From the NCBI RefSeq assembly GCF_030028105.1, contig NC_092372.1, positions 168,770,058 through 168,834,057 on the forward strand: a stretch of 64,000 nt of DNA. The letters are read 5' to 3'. The position numbers and the translations under genes are program-made. The notes below the pieces were generated by a model, which saw only the letters and a list, made by a program, of their open reading frames with translations, searched no databases and had not been told where the DNA came from. The stretch is from Mobula birostris. Its lineage: Eukaryota. The first letter of the stretch is position 1. Each line of letters starts with the position of its first letter. Shown here in pieces: positions 26,304 to 39,669 of the stretch.

Positions 26304-26849
26304 ACATAGAAACATAGAAAGCCTACAGCACGATACAGGCCCTTTAGCCCACAAAGCTATGTCGAACATGAAATTACCTAGAGTTACCCATAGCCCTCTA
26401 TTTTTCTAAGCTCCATGTACCTATCCAGGAGACTAATAAAAGACCCTATCCTATCTGCCTCCACCACCGTCGCCGGCAGCCCATTCCACGCACTCACCAC
26501 TCTCTGCGTAAAAGCTTACCCCTGACACCTCCTCTGTACCTACTTCCAACCACCTTAAAACTGTGCCCTCTCATGCTAGCTATTTCAGCCCTGGGAAAAA
26601 GCCTCTGACTAACCACATGATCAATGCCCCTCATCATCTTAAACACCTCTATCAGGTCACCTCTCATCCTCTGTCGGTCCAAGGAGAAAAGGCCGAGTTC
26701 ACTCAATATATTCTCATAAGGCATGCTCCCCAATCCAGACAACATCCTTGTAAATCTCCTCTGCACCCTTTCTATGGTTTCCACATCCTTTCTGTAGTGA
26801 GGCGACCAGAACTGAGCACAGTACTCCAAGTAGGGTGTGAACAGGGTCC
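26304..26849 (-). mobile_element. CR1 family B 3' fragment (about 545 bp)
   Basis: ORF 26494-26865 LEYCAQFWSPHYRKDVETIERV; ttctatgt tail. Confidence 0.9.
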
Positions 26850-28449
26850 AAATTACAAACCACACACTTTGAAAAGGCTGCCCTAAGATTGTTTGCTAAG
26901 CCACACATTTATGTTTTCGAGGCACTTTCCTGTTTAAATTAACCTCCACTTATTACTTGTGTTTGAATGCAATAACATGCTGCAATAAAAACAAAAAGAA
27001 TAGTAGTTACAGCACAGAAGCTGCTATCTGGTCCACTGAGTCTGTACCAAATTCTATGTAAAATTGTGAATTTCCTTTAGAATTTTAATTTTTAAACATT
27101 TTTTTTGCCTCAGTATTTAAAGCCTGTACCTCTGAAGCTCAATTATAACTATAGGATGTAATGTTCATCATTTCCATATCAAAGTACGTTTGAGTATTTA
27201 TCAAATTTAAAATTAACAAGAAAACAACTCATGTTCGTAAAGTTATTAACAAAGTTCTGAGTTCAGCCAGATTCTTCTCTGTACTGTGCATCATGTGGAG
27301 ATACCTTGCATAGTGGAGGTATTCACACCTAATCCTTCAAATATCTGATGCGTCCAAAATGTTAGAACCTAGACAAAGCAGTTCCCTACTACCTAACGTT
27401 CCTTCTTCGTGGTGAGAAGTAATTTTTCAACGCAAAATTTTTTTCCAGAACTTATCCAAATGTACCAGTCTCTTACAATTTGCAAATAAGTACAATTTAC
27501 AACATAGATAATTAAATATGAAGAGTAGTCGTGTGGTTCTAGCTAGATAGCTAAATATCAGTTTTTTAAAAATTGGCCATCTATTGTATTTCTATAAGTG
27601 GCACCTTGTTCGACGCAAATTTCCCTACATAGAATTGCAAAAGCAATTACACCTCAACCAGTAGATTGTCAAATGGATTGGGATGGCCTGAGGTCACAAA
27701 AGCACTAAATAAATGTATGATATTCTCCCTTCTACATTTGCTCTATAATATTTTTACACTCTTCCTGTTCAAAATTTTATTTACTTTAATTTACCGTCTC
27801 GGCCTTTATATTCACATGTAAAGCATTCCATCAATAAACACCCAGAAAAGCTTGAACTTATAAAGGGAAACTAGTATGGATTTTTTTGAAGATAAAATTA
27901 ATTTGACCTTTTTATTCAATGAGGTAACAAGGAAGGTTGATAAGGGAATACAGCGGGTGGTACCATATTCGTTGCTCCAATGATAAATGCCCTTGTCTGT
28001 ACCATATGATGTGTGTTGAGACCCCACTGCCATATCATGTGTCAGCCTGATGGGGGCTCCACCCTTAATTCCTCTACAGCTCTTTGAGCTGGCAGGTCTC
28101 TGTTGATATGTCCCTCTATCATTTGTCTTCCTGTCACATTCTGCACTTTTGATTTCCCTATGACATGTATATCTGTTAATTTCCTAGTGACTTATGGGGC
28201 TGATATTGGCGCAAGGCAAGTTATTTTATGAGAAACTTTATGAGTGACCAGCTATATTCCAGCGTCTGAGTGAGTGAGACTAGATACTGAAACATAGCAT
28301 TAAAAGTGTTGTTTGGTAAAACTTAAAAAGTTTGCACTCCATCCAAATGCAGAATACTAGGCATGATCTCTCCCAATTGAAATAACACATAAATGTGTGC
28401 CGAGATAGCAAGCTTTCTGATTCACTGTAGATTGTACATGGTAGAACAA

Positions 28450-29830
28450 ATATGTCTGAGTGCAGGATTTTTTGGAAAGTGATAGTTAAAGAATGATGAC
28501 AGCATAGAGAAGACTTTACATTTGATTTTAAACTAGCTAAGGCAGATAATACAGGACAGAAGAAAGATATTATCGTATCTCATGGATCACATGGTAAGAA
28601 AATTGTATCAAAAGATAAAACACTTAAATGAAACTTGTGAGAATACATTAAATCCATCACAGGCACACTGTAATCGAGCTAGAAATGAATTCTCAACCAA
28701 GATCCCCGACACTTCGTTAAAGAAGCTTTTAGCACATAATTCCAGCTTTTTGCAGCAGGACTTGTTTAGTGATTGGATTAATTATGGAACCCAGCAGTTA
28801 GCACTAGAGAAGTTAATACTGACAAAAATTACAGAGCCATCCAAACCAGACGAGAAACGTTAGCTGATCAATTGAAGGATGTACTGGACATGTGAAACAT
28901 GAGAGAAGTGGTAGCATACGAAATTTTAAAAGCCAAGGTAGCTGAGATGTCAGAAGTGAAAAAGTGCAGTAGTACAATTAACTGAAAATTGTGCCCTATG
29001 CCCCATGCTTGGGGAAAATTACATACAATTCAAAATGGAAAATCATACCTACAAATGATATGTAATGACTATTACAGTAAAAGTTCATAGAGTTAATAAC
29101 CCAAACAATGTGAGATCACAAACAGGATCAAACTCAGAGTGTCACTTCAACACAATACACCTGGTGCCAAATGAGAGCCACTCTTTGGAAGGCACACTAA
29201 CCAAATGTGTCTACGACAAGGCTCTACATTAAAGGAAAGTGACATTTTAACTTAACTCAGAAGCAATATATAACATACTGCCAAAACAAGCCATCAGCCT
29301 TCTTATTGTGCAGTGCAGAAGTCAATAAAATATGAGCTGTTAATGTACTATACTGAAGCCTGTTGAGAGATCTTAAGTTGATGAATCCAGAGAATCAAGA
29401 GTGTTATGATGAGCATTTCATCATCATAGTCCAGAAAGATATTACTTCCATACTTGGAAACACGATAGTACAGCTCTTGGTACTGTTAGAGGTGTATCAT
29501 CATCAGGATTGCTTCAACTTCAGCAATTATTTCAGCCCTACAATGAGCTAACAGATGCTGTACTTGGAGCAGGAAAAGCAGAATGCAAAATACATCAGTA
29601 AGACAAGTGGCAACTTGTCACAACGAAAATTAAAAGTGCAAAAGACCTGTTGACATATACAGATGATGAAACCCACGTCATCAGGCTGACACTTGATATG
29701 GTAGTTGACAGTGATAAGTCAACATAAACCAGAGTATGATAAAGGGGGCATCTCTTACCAGAGGAACAGATACAGTACTAGATCCATCAACTCAGCTACT
29801 GTGACCTAGTGCTAAGTTGAAACATGCTGA
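28450..29830 (+). mobile_element. Highly decayed Gypsy-like gag/protease relic
   Basis: Gag-like stretch in ORF 28582-28863, a frameshifted CPAWGK-like zinc-knuckle remnant near 28999-29020, and a TGA protease-like remnant near 29155-29172, in the expected order. Confidence 0.4.
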
Positions 29831-30247
29831 CTGAATAGCTAATTTGAATGTTTGTTTTTCTAGTTTTTTTTATATATTAAAGGAGATACCTAATGTTTGC
29901 GGTTTACCTAATATTGAATGAGTACCATTTCATGAATTGTGTAATGTGACCAACTCCTTTCTATCTAAACATTACAAGAATATTTAAGTTAGAACTATCT
30001 ATAGAGATACACTGTATGCCTCTGGGGTGAACTTTTCTACCTGTGTAATATTCGGAATTCAGCAGTGGAAAAGGTACTATTGTTTGTTAGCTCAACTGCA
30101 TAGCTATTTTTTGTGAAAGAATGAGAAGTATCTACGTGGATTTTCTTCTCAGAAAATGGTGAATATGTTTTGCACATTGATATACTAGGTGCTGAAATCA
30201 GTTAATGAAATGCTGGCAATTAGATTTGCATAATCTTTTGCACTGAT

Positions 30248-30445
30248 CCTTTCCACACCTTGTGGTGCACTGGGCAGCAACTTTGCCATTTCCTTAGCGT
30301 TTGTCTGTTTTTTTTTTTACAAGGCCAAGTTGCTAGCTCAACGCTCAACCCCATGTAGATGGAAAGCATTCAGGGAGCCAGCCAGATTTGAACCTGGGAC
30401 CACTCGCCTTGTAGTCCAGTGTGGAAGCCACCACACCACTAGCCA
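30248..30445 (-). mobile_element. tRNA-derived SINE
   Basis: Minus strand begins ggctagtggtgtggtgg (A box) ... ggttcaaatc (B box), followed by a non-tRNA body. Confidence 0.75.
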
Positions 30446-30879
30446 GTTTATAATCCTTTTGGGTGAAGTGAAATCAAATGAAATGAAAAGTGTAAGTGTT
30501 ACAAAATAATAATACGGGCCAGAGAGGCGCATAATCTTAGTGGGAAAGAGAGGAACATGCTCACTAATCTGTATCTTGGATTGCAGTTCCCTGGAGATTT
30601 GAGCGAGTTATGTACAAAGTGATGCTCGAATTTGTGTGTTACAGGCCATTAGGTCTCCTTCTAATTTTATGCTTCACATGTATATTATAAACTGCCCGTA
30701 CGGACAGATAAAACAACCTGAAGATAGGTGGATACAAGTAGCTAACAGTGCCTAAGATTCCTAGAAACTCCCAAAGTTTTAAAACTGAATCTAAAAACAG
30801 AATCCAATCAAGTAATATAAATATACAATCCTTTCATGCAATTAATGAGAATTTTCCAAAGGAATTTGGATTTACTTTC

Positions 30880-31201
30880 TCAGAGAAGTTACTTTTAGGC
30901 AGTAGAGGAAGAATAGGAGACACAGGAAAAAGATATGAGAGATGAAAGAGTGGAAAGACTTAAAAAAACACCTGAGAGGTAACACAATTACAAAGAGGGC
31001 AATGAATACCTGGAATGAGCTGCTAGGGGAAGTGATTAGGTGGGTACAACTGCAACATTTAAAAGACGCTTGGGTAGGTATATGGCGTTGGAAGATAATG
31101 GGCCGATTAGAGGCAAATGGGACTAGCAAGAAGGATGCTGTGGTTGGCATGGACCAATTAGGCCAAAGAGCCTGATTGTGCTATATTACTCTATGACTCT
31201 A
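30880..31201 (+). mobile_element. Old CR1 3' end
   Basis: WNELL...QHLK in ORF 30942-31175; tail ctctatgactcta. Confidence 0.7.
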
Positions 31202-32269
31202 GTAACAGAAGAAGTCTCATTAAGTAGCTTTTACAAATAGTTGGCACAGGATCTGACTGGCGTTTTCTACACTATATAGTTCAATGAACTTTCAACTTTG
31301 CAGTATCCCATATCCAATATTGTCTCTTCAATCAGAAAAATAATCAACATTCATCAGTAAACATCTGGAGTAAAAGTCCAGAGAACTTTAGATTGAGTAC
31401 TTTTTAGATGTCAATTTTATACCAGAAAACAGCTGCTTTGTCATATACAGAGATATTTTGATAGCACTGAATACAGATCTTGATTAATTTACCCTGAAAG
31501 ATTTGCTATCTAAAGTTTCTCTCTATTTTAAGTGCTGTTAGTCTTTTAAGTCATTACTCACAAGCTCATCTCAGAGTACATCAGCATAAATTTACATTGT
31601 TAATGAACATTTGTGGTAAATGTATTAATGGCACTTGTAAGTATCAATTCAGTGTTAATAACTTTATGTAATGCAATGAGTTTATTTTTTTTTCATGGGA
31701 GAACGTCACCAGTCAAAAGCCTGCACTCAAATTTATTGAGTACATAAATGATTCATTTCGCACCTGGGTTCTACAAATATAGTACACTGCAAAGCTAAAC
31801 TTTTTTTCTAACTATACATGAATTACAAAACCTAAGATATTTAAAATCAGCAAATAATTTACCTCAAACAACAGTTCTAATTAAACTACATGAGCAAGTC
31901 TGATGAAACGTTATAGACCTGAAGCATTCACTTACTCCAACTGTGGATGCTCCCTGACCTGTGGAAACCTACAGGATATTTTGTTTTTATTTTAAGTTTC
32001 TGACAACTATACTACCTTGCTTTCACAAATTACTGAATTCTTTTCTCTTCTATAAAGGCATTTATGTTACAATTAAATGCTTTATGGACATATTATTTGT
32101 TTTTAACATGATGAACACATGAAAAGAAAAGAATGTCTAGGAACAAAGCAGCATTATGTAAACTACTAATTCTCAGAAACCATTGCCAGTCAAGTTGAAA
32201 AGTGCTAGCAGGATCAGAAGTTAGACCTAACTGAATGGATAGAAAATTTACTAAACGATCCAAGGCTTG

Positions 32270-32790
32270 GGGTGGAGGTTTTTCAGATTTTCAGATTTGT
32301 CTGTGACCACTGGTGTGGTGCAGGGTGCAGAGATCAGTGCTGCATCCTCTGTTGCCTTCATACAATGTGTCAACGATTCCATCGTCCAAGTCTACATTTT
32401 CATTGTAATATGTAAGATGATTGCCGAAACCTTTAACTCTTCATAGTTTCTAATTTGTTGCAGTACTGAAATCATTTTATTTTCACTTTCAGCCGTTTCT
32501 GGGATCTCCAAACCTGAATGCTTAAAACTACATGAGCAAAACAACAGCAAATTGTTTTATGCTTATTTTCCTGCTAGCTATCAGTGACAAAACATCACTG
32601 CTTTTTGAACACACATGCAACTGACGCTATTTGAAAACTGTTCAATCTAAGCACAGTGTAGTGTCCAATGGCCATGCAACAGTCTCCTGTTCCAATGAAG
32701 CTGCATAGTGTCCCAAATAAATGAAGGGAATCCCAGTTATGTTCATGATCATTAATTATATGAGGCCCTCCATTGATTGAGGTTGACTGT
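32270..32790. mobile_element. Tigger-like DNA transposon fragment
   Basis: Minus strand gives FKHSGLEIPETAESEN...NYEE...NENVDLDDGIVD, resembling a pogo/TIGD acidic C-terminus. Confidence 0.45.
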
Positions 32791-32879
32791 GATGTTGTGT
32801 CACAGCTGTCTACAAGATACGCAAGTCAGAGCACTATGATATGGAGAGTAAGCTGTTGCCCATATGACATCACACTGCA

Positions 32880-33317
32880 ATTACACGAAATGGCTCCACT
32901 TGCAATATTTTTGTGCAATGTTAGTCGCCCCAGTAGTAGTAAATAATTAAATTTGAAAAGATGCAGAAAAGATTCACAAGACTACTACTTGGATTAGAGA
33001 GTTTAGATAAACTGAAAGTGCTTTTCCTGGAGCAAAGAGAGAAGCTGAGAGAGGTAACATGAAAAAAGTATATAAATTTAGGGTATATTGCTAGGGTAAA
33101 AGCCAAGAGTCAGTTTCCCATAGCATTAGCATCTAAAACTAGAGGGTATATGTTGGTTTACAAAGGATTAAGGGATTTCTCCCCCCTAACCCCCACAGAG
33201 AGTAGTTGGCATCTAGAAAGATACCAGAGGTGGTGGTGGAGACTTGAACAGTAACAAAATTTAAGAGACATCTGGATAGTTACTTGCCTGTTTCTATGTT
33301 GACAACTCTATGACTCT
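32880..33317 (+). mobile_element. Old CR1 3' end
   Basis: gcagaaaagattcacaaga (QKRFTR); tail ctctatgactct. Confidence 0.65.
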
Positions 33318-33514
33318 TGTCATTCATTGTTTACCTAAGACAATAAATACCTTGTTAACTTGTGGGAAATTTAATCTACATTTTTTGTACAAATATGGCA
33401 AATACAACAAGAAAGTAATTGAAAGGTTAAACACAAGATAATATTTCCATAAAGCTAATGCCATTTCTTTCAGTGGTTCTCAATTCATGGCTTCTAGCTT
33501 TTTTTTAAACTTGT

Positions 33515-33785
33515 TTTTACTAAGATACGGCATGGAATAAGTCCTTCGGGTTGCACCACCTAACAGTCCCCAACTTAACCCTAGCCTAATCCCAGGACAA
33601 TTTACAATGACCAATTAACCCACTAACCAGTACATCTTTGGAATGTGGGAGGAAAGCAGAGCAGCCGGAGAAAACCCATGCACTGCATGGAGAAAACATA
33701 CAGACCCCTTACAGATGACGCTGGAGCTGGAACTGAACTCTGAACTCCGAAGCCCCAAGCTGTAAAAGCTAACCGCTACGCTTCT
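33515..33785 (-). mobile_element. V-SINE (HE1-like)
   Basis: V-domain tttggaatgtgggaggaaagcagagcagccggagaaaacccatgca; tRNA-like head at the right end. Confidence 0.75.
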
Positions 33786-34443
33786 GTGGAAGTTATATAC
33801 TGTTTTTTTTTAAAACAGCAAACTCCTGTCCATTATATTTCTTTTTCAATTTTGTATGATATAATCTACATAATTATGTGATATATCAAGATTAAAAGCA
33901 GACTAATTATCAATTCACATAAAAAAAAACACTTTTCTTACATAGCAAAGATTGCTGCAAGTTTTGTGTGTGTTGTTTGGATTTCCAGTATCAGCAGATT
34001 TCCTCGTTTGCAAGTTTTAAAGGATTTATTTTTAGGTATTGTTGCTTTTTTTGCCCACAGTCCTGACCTGAATGACTTGGTAGACCCAAAATAACTCTTA
34101 GCTAACTAGTTTTCTAATAATTATTGTTTCTAATATACACACAGGTCATCTTTTCTATTCCTCTCACCTTTTTTTTTAATGAAGAACTTCAAAAGTCTTA
34201 CCAACTTTTCTACAAAAACTCACTATGCCTATACTTCCACTCACAATTCACCTCTCCCATTACTCATATCTCTCTATTCCCAAACCACAAATGTGGTTCT
34301 CTTGTCCTTGCTTTGAACCACATGAGTATACACAACCACATGCTCCAACCCAATTATCGAATCCCCTTGTCTTTCAGTATTTTAAAAGGAGTGTTCCCTC
34401 TGCCATATCTAGGCATTTTTTATAAAAAAGCCCCTCTATTTGT

Positions 34444-35135
34444 AAACAATAGAAAATTTGGAGATGCTGGAAATCCAAACCACACACACAAAATGCTGGA
34501 GGAACACAGCAAGTCAGGCAGAATCTATGGAAAAAAGTACAGTCCATTTTTCGGACCGAGATCCTTCGGCAACACTGGCAAAAAAAGATGAGGAGTAGAT
34601 TTCAAAGGTGGGGGAGGGGAGAGAGAAATGCAAGGTGATAGGTGAAACTGGAGGGGGAGGGATGAGGCAAAGAGCTGGGAAGTTGATTGGTGAAAGAGAT
34701 ACACGGCTGGAGAATGGAGAGTCTGATAGGAGAGAAGGCCATGGAAGAAAGAAAAAGGGGGAGGAGCACCAGAGGGAAGTGATGGGCAGGCAAGGAGATA
34801 AAGTGAGAGAAGGAAAAGGGGATGGGGAATGGTGTAGTGGGGGGCATTACCGGAAGTTCGAGAAATCGATGTTCATGCCATCAGTTTGGAGGCTACCCAG
34901 ATGGAATATAAGGTGTTTTTCCTCCAATCTGAGTATGGCCTCATCGCGACAGTAAAGGAGGCCACGGATGGACATATCGGAATGGAAATGGGAAGCGGAA
35001 TTAAAATGGGTGGCCACTAGGTGATCCCGCTTCTTCTGGCAGACAGAATTTAGGTGCTCAGTGAAATGGTCTCCCAATCTATGTCGCGTCTCACCGATAT
35101 ACAGGAGGTCACACCAGGAGCTTTGGACACAGTGC
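34444..35135 (-). mobile_element. Penelope-like element, GIY-YIG C-terminus and terminal repeat
   Basis: Minus strand YIGETRHRLGDHFTEHL...VATHFNS...LEEKHLIFHLGSLQTDGMNIDF (includes ORF 34847-35077). Confidence 0.85.
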
Positions 35136-35149
35136 TATCTGCAAAGACA

Positions 35150-35325
35150 TTTTCTGATTATCTGCACTTTATCAGATTTGTTTGTGGAAACATGCATTCA
35201 GCAAACTGATGCCACTCTTCTTACATTACAACTGTGAGTACACTTCAAAATATTTAATTGGCTGTAAAGTGCTTTCAAATATCCCAAATTTGCAGTATGA
35301 GTTACGTAAATGCAAGTCATTTTTC
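35150..35325 (+). mobile_element. Deu-domain SINE 3' portion
   Basis: ttacattacaactgtgagtacacttcaaaatatttaattggctgtaaagtgcttt...taaatgcaagtc. Confidence 0.6.
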
Positions 35326-35479
35326 AAATGTTGCTTTTATCTGAAGCTTGCATGTTCTGTGGTTCTCTGGTTCAATGCAAGAATTTAATTAGAAATATTC
35401 AGCTCTTTAGCTTGGCAATGACATGAAAATATGTGGGATGACATGCAAAAATGACAATATTATGGGTCTGTGATTGAAT

Positions 35480-37090
35480 ACAGATAGGTTGAGTGAATTT
35501 GCAAAAACTCAGCAAACTGAGTTTAATGCAGGAATAGTGCAAGATCATGTAACTTGCTAGCAGGGGAAAAAGACAGATTATCATAATGGGCAGAGATCAC
35601 AAATAAGTGAAGTACAGTACGTCCAGTACATGACTCACAATAAGTTAACAGGCAGGTGCATCAGCAAGGCAAATGAAATATTGGGATTTATGGCAATGGG
35701 ATTGAGTTTTAATTTAGGCAAGTATTGTTACAAATCTCCAGAGTGCTAGCAAGGCCACACTTGAGTCTTCTCTTCTCATTTAAGAAAGAATATAACAGTA
35801 TTGGAGGTTGTCAAAAGAGATTCACTATGTTAATTCACGAGATGACAGAATTGTTCCATTACGAGAGACTAAAACTGTTGATTTTGTTCCTTCTGGAGAA
35901 TACAAGAATGAGAGATGATCTTATTGAAACAAATACTGAAGGTGAAAGACATGATAGACATTGAGAGGTTTCTGCAAGTGAAAGAGTCTTGAAAGAGTAA
36001 TATACGTAATTATTTAGGATATTCAAGATTGCTTAACATAATTTCCAGTATACATGAAGAGCAATGAAATAATTGTTTATCTGAATGGATGCAAAAAACA
36101 CACAATAAGGCAAAGAACGTAAGAAATATAAATACTTAAATACACAAATTGATTGAAGGGTCTCGGCCTGAAACGTCGACTGTACTCTTTTCTATAGATG
36201 CTGCCTGGCCTTCTGAGATCCTCCAACATTTTGTGTGTGTTGCTTGGATTTCCAGCATCTGCAGATTTTCTCTTGTTTGTACATAGACTGATTGTATGTC
36301 CATAAAGTGATGCTAGGCACAGGAGGTGTACATAAGGTGAATGAGAGGAAACAATAAAGTAATGGTGGTGGAGGATGTTGAGCAGTGTGTTAGTTGGTGG
36401 AGGTATCACTGCTTGGGAAAGTAATTGTTTTAGAGTCTGATGGTCCTGGCTTGGAAGCAATGTAGCCTCCTCCCTGATGGAAGTGGGACAAACAGTCCGT
36501 GAGCAGGGTGGGTGGAATCCTTCTTGATGTTACTGGCTCTTTTCCTGCACCTTCTGTACATATGTCCTCAAAGGCAGGTAGACTGGTGCCAGTGATGCAT
36601 TGAGCAGTTTTGACTACCCATTATAGCGCCTTCATGTCTGCCATAGTACAGTTTCCATACCATGCAGTGATGCAGCTTGTTAGGATGCTCTCTATTGCAC
36701 ATCTGTATAATGACTTGAATATACAAACGTAGATGTGCATAGTCCAACTTTCTTCAGCCTCCTCAGAAAGTTGGTGAGTTTTCCTGATTGTGTTCTGGGA
36801 CAATGAAAGGCGATTACAAGATAAACAGGTGGTAATTTAAAACTAGTGCATAGAAGCTTCTTCCCACAAAAGACAGTAAATCTTTGGAATTGCCTGCTCC
36901 ACACAGTTGTAGACACCAGATCACTGGAGGTACTTAGTGGAGATAGATAATTTTTAGAAAAATCATGAAATTGAGGGGTAGGGGGAAACTAGCACAGATG
37001 ATGAACAATGGCCTGAGATAAATCAGTCACAAAAATTTTGAATGGTGGAATAACATGAAAGGCATAATGGCTTACTTCTATTTTCTTGTC
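35480..37090 (+). mobile_element. Old CR1 interrupted by a Rex1 fragment
   Basis: LARPHL and QKRFT in ORF 35725-35964; 3' part resumes at about 36800. Confidence 0.6.
36020..36790 (-). mobile_element. Rex1/Babar-like 3' fragment, containing a Penelope terminal repeat at 36150-36279 (+)
   Basis: YRCAIESILTSCITAWYGNC (ORF 36621-36803); insert gaagggtctcggcctgaaacgtcgactg...cagcatctgcagattttctcttgttt. Confidence 0.8.
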
Positions 37091-37234
37091 TTCTTGCTTT
37101 GGTCTCTTAAAACTGCCCACCATTCAGTAAGATCATGACTAGTATACAACCTCTACACTGCACAACTTGCACAACACACACAAAGTGCTATAGAACTCAG
37201 CAGTTAAGGCAGCATCTATGGCGGGGAATTACAA

Positions 37235-37560
37235 AGAATTCACAAGCAAATCTTTATTGAATTACCGATGAGGGTAAAGATGTTTTAGTTTATAAGGGAA
37301 GTTCTTCAAAGGATAAGCATGATCTCCCACACAATATGCATTTGTTTACGAAATATACAAAAATTGTGCTGTGATTTATTAAGTTTCTTAAGGAACAGCA
37401 TGGCTCACATTTGCAGAAGACATCTGGTTTGGTGTTATTGGGGAATCTAATCATACATTCCATTTTACTCCATTGCAATCTCATGCCATCTGCTCATTTT
37501 TATTTTTCTATTGTTTAATGTTGATAGTAATCTGATTTATAGATTACGTCAGTGGTCAAA
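37235..37560 (-). mobile_element. Possible PIF/Harbinger transposase relic
   Basis: Minus strand VGDHAYPLKNFPY resembles the GDxAYPL motif of DDE_Tnp_4; the rest is badly decayed. Confidence 0.3.
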
Positions 37561-37749
37561 TCTTCTGTTATGTAAAATCTAAGCAAAACTGAGGGCTCAC
37601 ATCATTTCTGATAAGATGTTCATTAGTTTAATAAATGATTGAGAAAGACTAATCAACCTCTCATCTCAGTCAATTCAGGATACTTGGAAGTTCTGCTAAT
37701 TCTTACTTAGGCCCTTGAGTTTGCTTCCTGTACTCTGGGATTCTGTTTA

Positions 37750-38960
37750 CCACTCAGGTCATTCATTGCATCATGAAGACATATAACAGTTCATGTTCCA
37801 AGCCCACACTGATAATGCTCCCCACTCTTTCTGTGCTACGTTGACAACAGCATTGGTGCTGCCTCCTGCTTCCATGCCGACCTTGTCAATTTCATCAACT
37901 TGCTTCCAACTTCCATCCTTCCCTCAAATTTATCGGTCTGTCTCTGACATCTTTCTCCCCCGTCTCGATCTCCCTGTCTCCGTCTCTGGAGACAAGACTA
38001 TCTATTGACACAGTTGATGTCAGAAGTTTACATACACCTTAGCCAAATACATCTAAACTCAGTTTTTCACAATTCCTGACATTTAATCCTAGAAAACATT
38101 CCCTGTCTTAGGTCAGTTAGGATCACTGCTTTATTTCAAGAATGAAATGTCAGAATAATAGTAGAGAGAATGAGTTATTTCAGCTTTTATTTCTTTCATC
38201 ACTTTCCCAGTGGGTCAGAAGTTTACAACAAGCGTGTGCGAGCAAGGAGGCCTACAAACCTGACTCAGTTACACCAGTTCTGTCTGGAGGAATGGGACAA
38301 AATTCCAGCAACTTACTGTGAGAAGCTTGTGGAAGGCTACCCAAAACGCTTGACCCAAGTTAAACAACTTAAAGGCAATGCTACCAAATACTAACAAAGT
38401 GTATGTAAACTTCTGATCCACTGGGAAACTGATGAAAGAAATAAAAGCTGAAATAAATCATTCTCTCTACTATTATTCTGACATTTCACATGCTTAAAAT
38501 AGTGATCCTAACTGACCTAAAACAGGGAATGTTTTCTCAGATTAAATGTCAGGAATTGTGAAAAACTGGGTTTAAATGTATTTGGCTAAAGTCTATGTAA
38601 ACTTCTGAGTTCAACTGTATCTTTTCTAAGCCTACTCACGCTTTCAGCTATCTTGACTGTACCTCTTTCCACCCTGTCAATTATAAATGCGTAAAAAAAT
38701 AACTTTTCTCAGTTCTGCCCTCTCTGCTGCATCCGTTCCCATGATAAGCTGTTCCATTCTAGAACATCTAAGATGTCCTTCTTCTTCAAATACATGTAAT
38801 GGGGTTTCCTTTCCACCACTGATGCTGCTATTGCCTGCATCTTCTCTATTTCCAGCACATCTGCCCTCATCCCAACCTCCTGTTGCCATAACAGTGATAG
38901 TGTTTTCTTTGTCCTTACCTAACACCACATATCAAACCACTCTTCCAATCTTGTCAACAA
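37750..38960 (+). mobile_element. Penelope-like RT fragment split by a Tc1 insertion
   Basis: Frameshifted IGAASC.HADLVNFI..NFHP.LKF...LDL.VS.SGDK, then after the insertion F.KPT...SYLD.TS.HP. Confidence 0.75.
38011..38617 (+). mobile_element. Sleeping Beauty-like Tc1 (IR/DR group) non-autonomous element, 607 bp
   Basis: Inverted repeats of about 216-220 bp (38011-38226, 38398-38617), each with outer and inner tcagaagtttaca-type DRs. Internal KRVRARRPTNLTQLHQFCLEEWDKIPATYCEKLVEGYPKRLTQVKQLKGNATKY. Right TA intact, left CA. Confidence 0.95.
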
Positions 38961-39669
38961 ACAACAGTTATACGAAACAAACACCAGCTTACGGCAAAGA
39001 ATTGTCTCAGACTTGGTGAAATTGGAATCACAACAGAGAACAACACACTGGCATCAGAAACAGCTTGTGGGAAGATTATCTGCAATATTTGGTTGATTCA
39101 TGCTGTGTATTTGTGGTTTGAACACAGTTTTGAATGGTCAGTGCCGCCTGTCCATTGGGGACCATTGCACAATCATGTGGTACTTACCCAAGGGTCCATT
39201 GCTTTGTTTTACCAAAGTGCTGAAATATTCCTCCAGTTGCTGACATTTGAATTGAACACTGTTTGGTCTGGTTTAAGCCCTGTGGATGTGCGGACAGTTT
39301 ATTTATTACCCTCGTTTATTGAATGGAATATTGCCAGTTCGTTTTATGAATATGTTGTGAGTGAATAAAGAGTTAATTACAAGTTGCGTAATAAGAAGAA
39401 AGTAAGATGAGTGAATTGAAGCATAGAAATGATGTCAGCGATCCTGAAGTTGGGGCTGGCAAAAGAGAAATTAAACTTACTACTAAACCTTTGGTCAGTA
39501 GAATTGAAAGTTATCAAAAGGAATATAAAACAAATACGAACAAAATTAAAGGTTTAATACCATCAATTAAGGATCTAATAAAAAATAAAGGAGATGTCTT
39601 ACAAGTGCAATTTCATCTTGAGGACTTGACTAATCTCTGTGAAGCTGTTGATAAAGTATGACTATGACT

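Noticed and set aside
30375-30445. tRNA gene
   Set aside because: A and B boxes are present, but no convincing cloverleaf or terminator; continues into a SINE body.
38960-39400. 5' LTR of the BEL element, with a possible 3' LTR near 44880-44990
   Set aside because: No matching direct repeat between the two regions could be seen.
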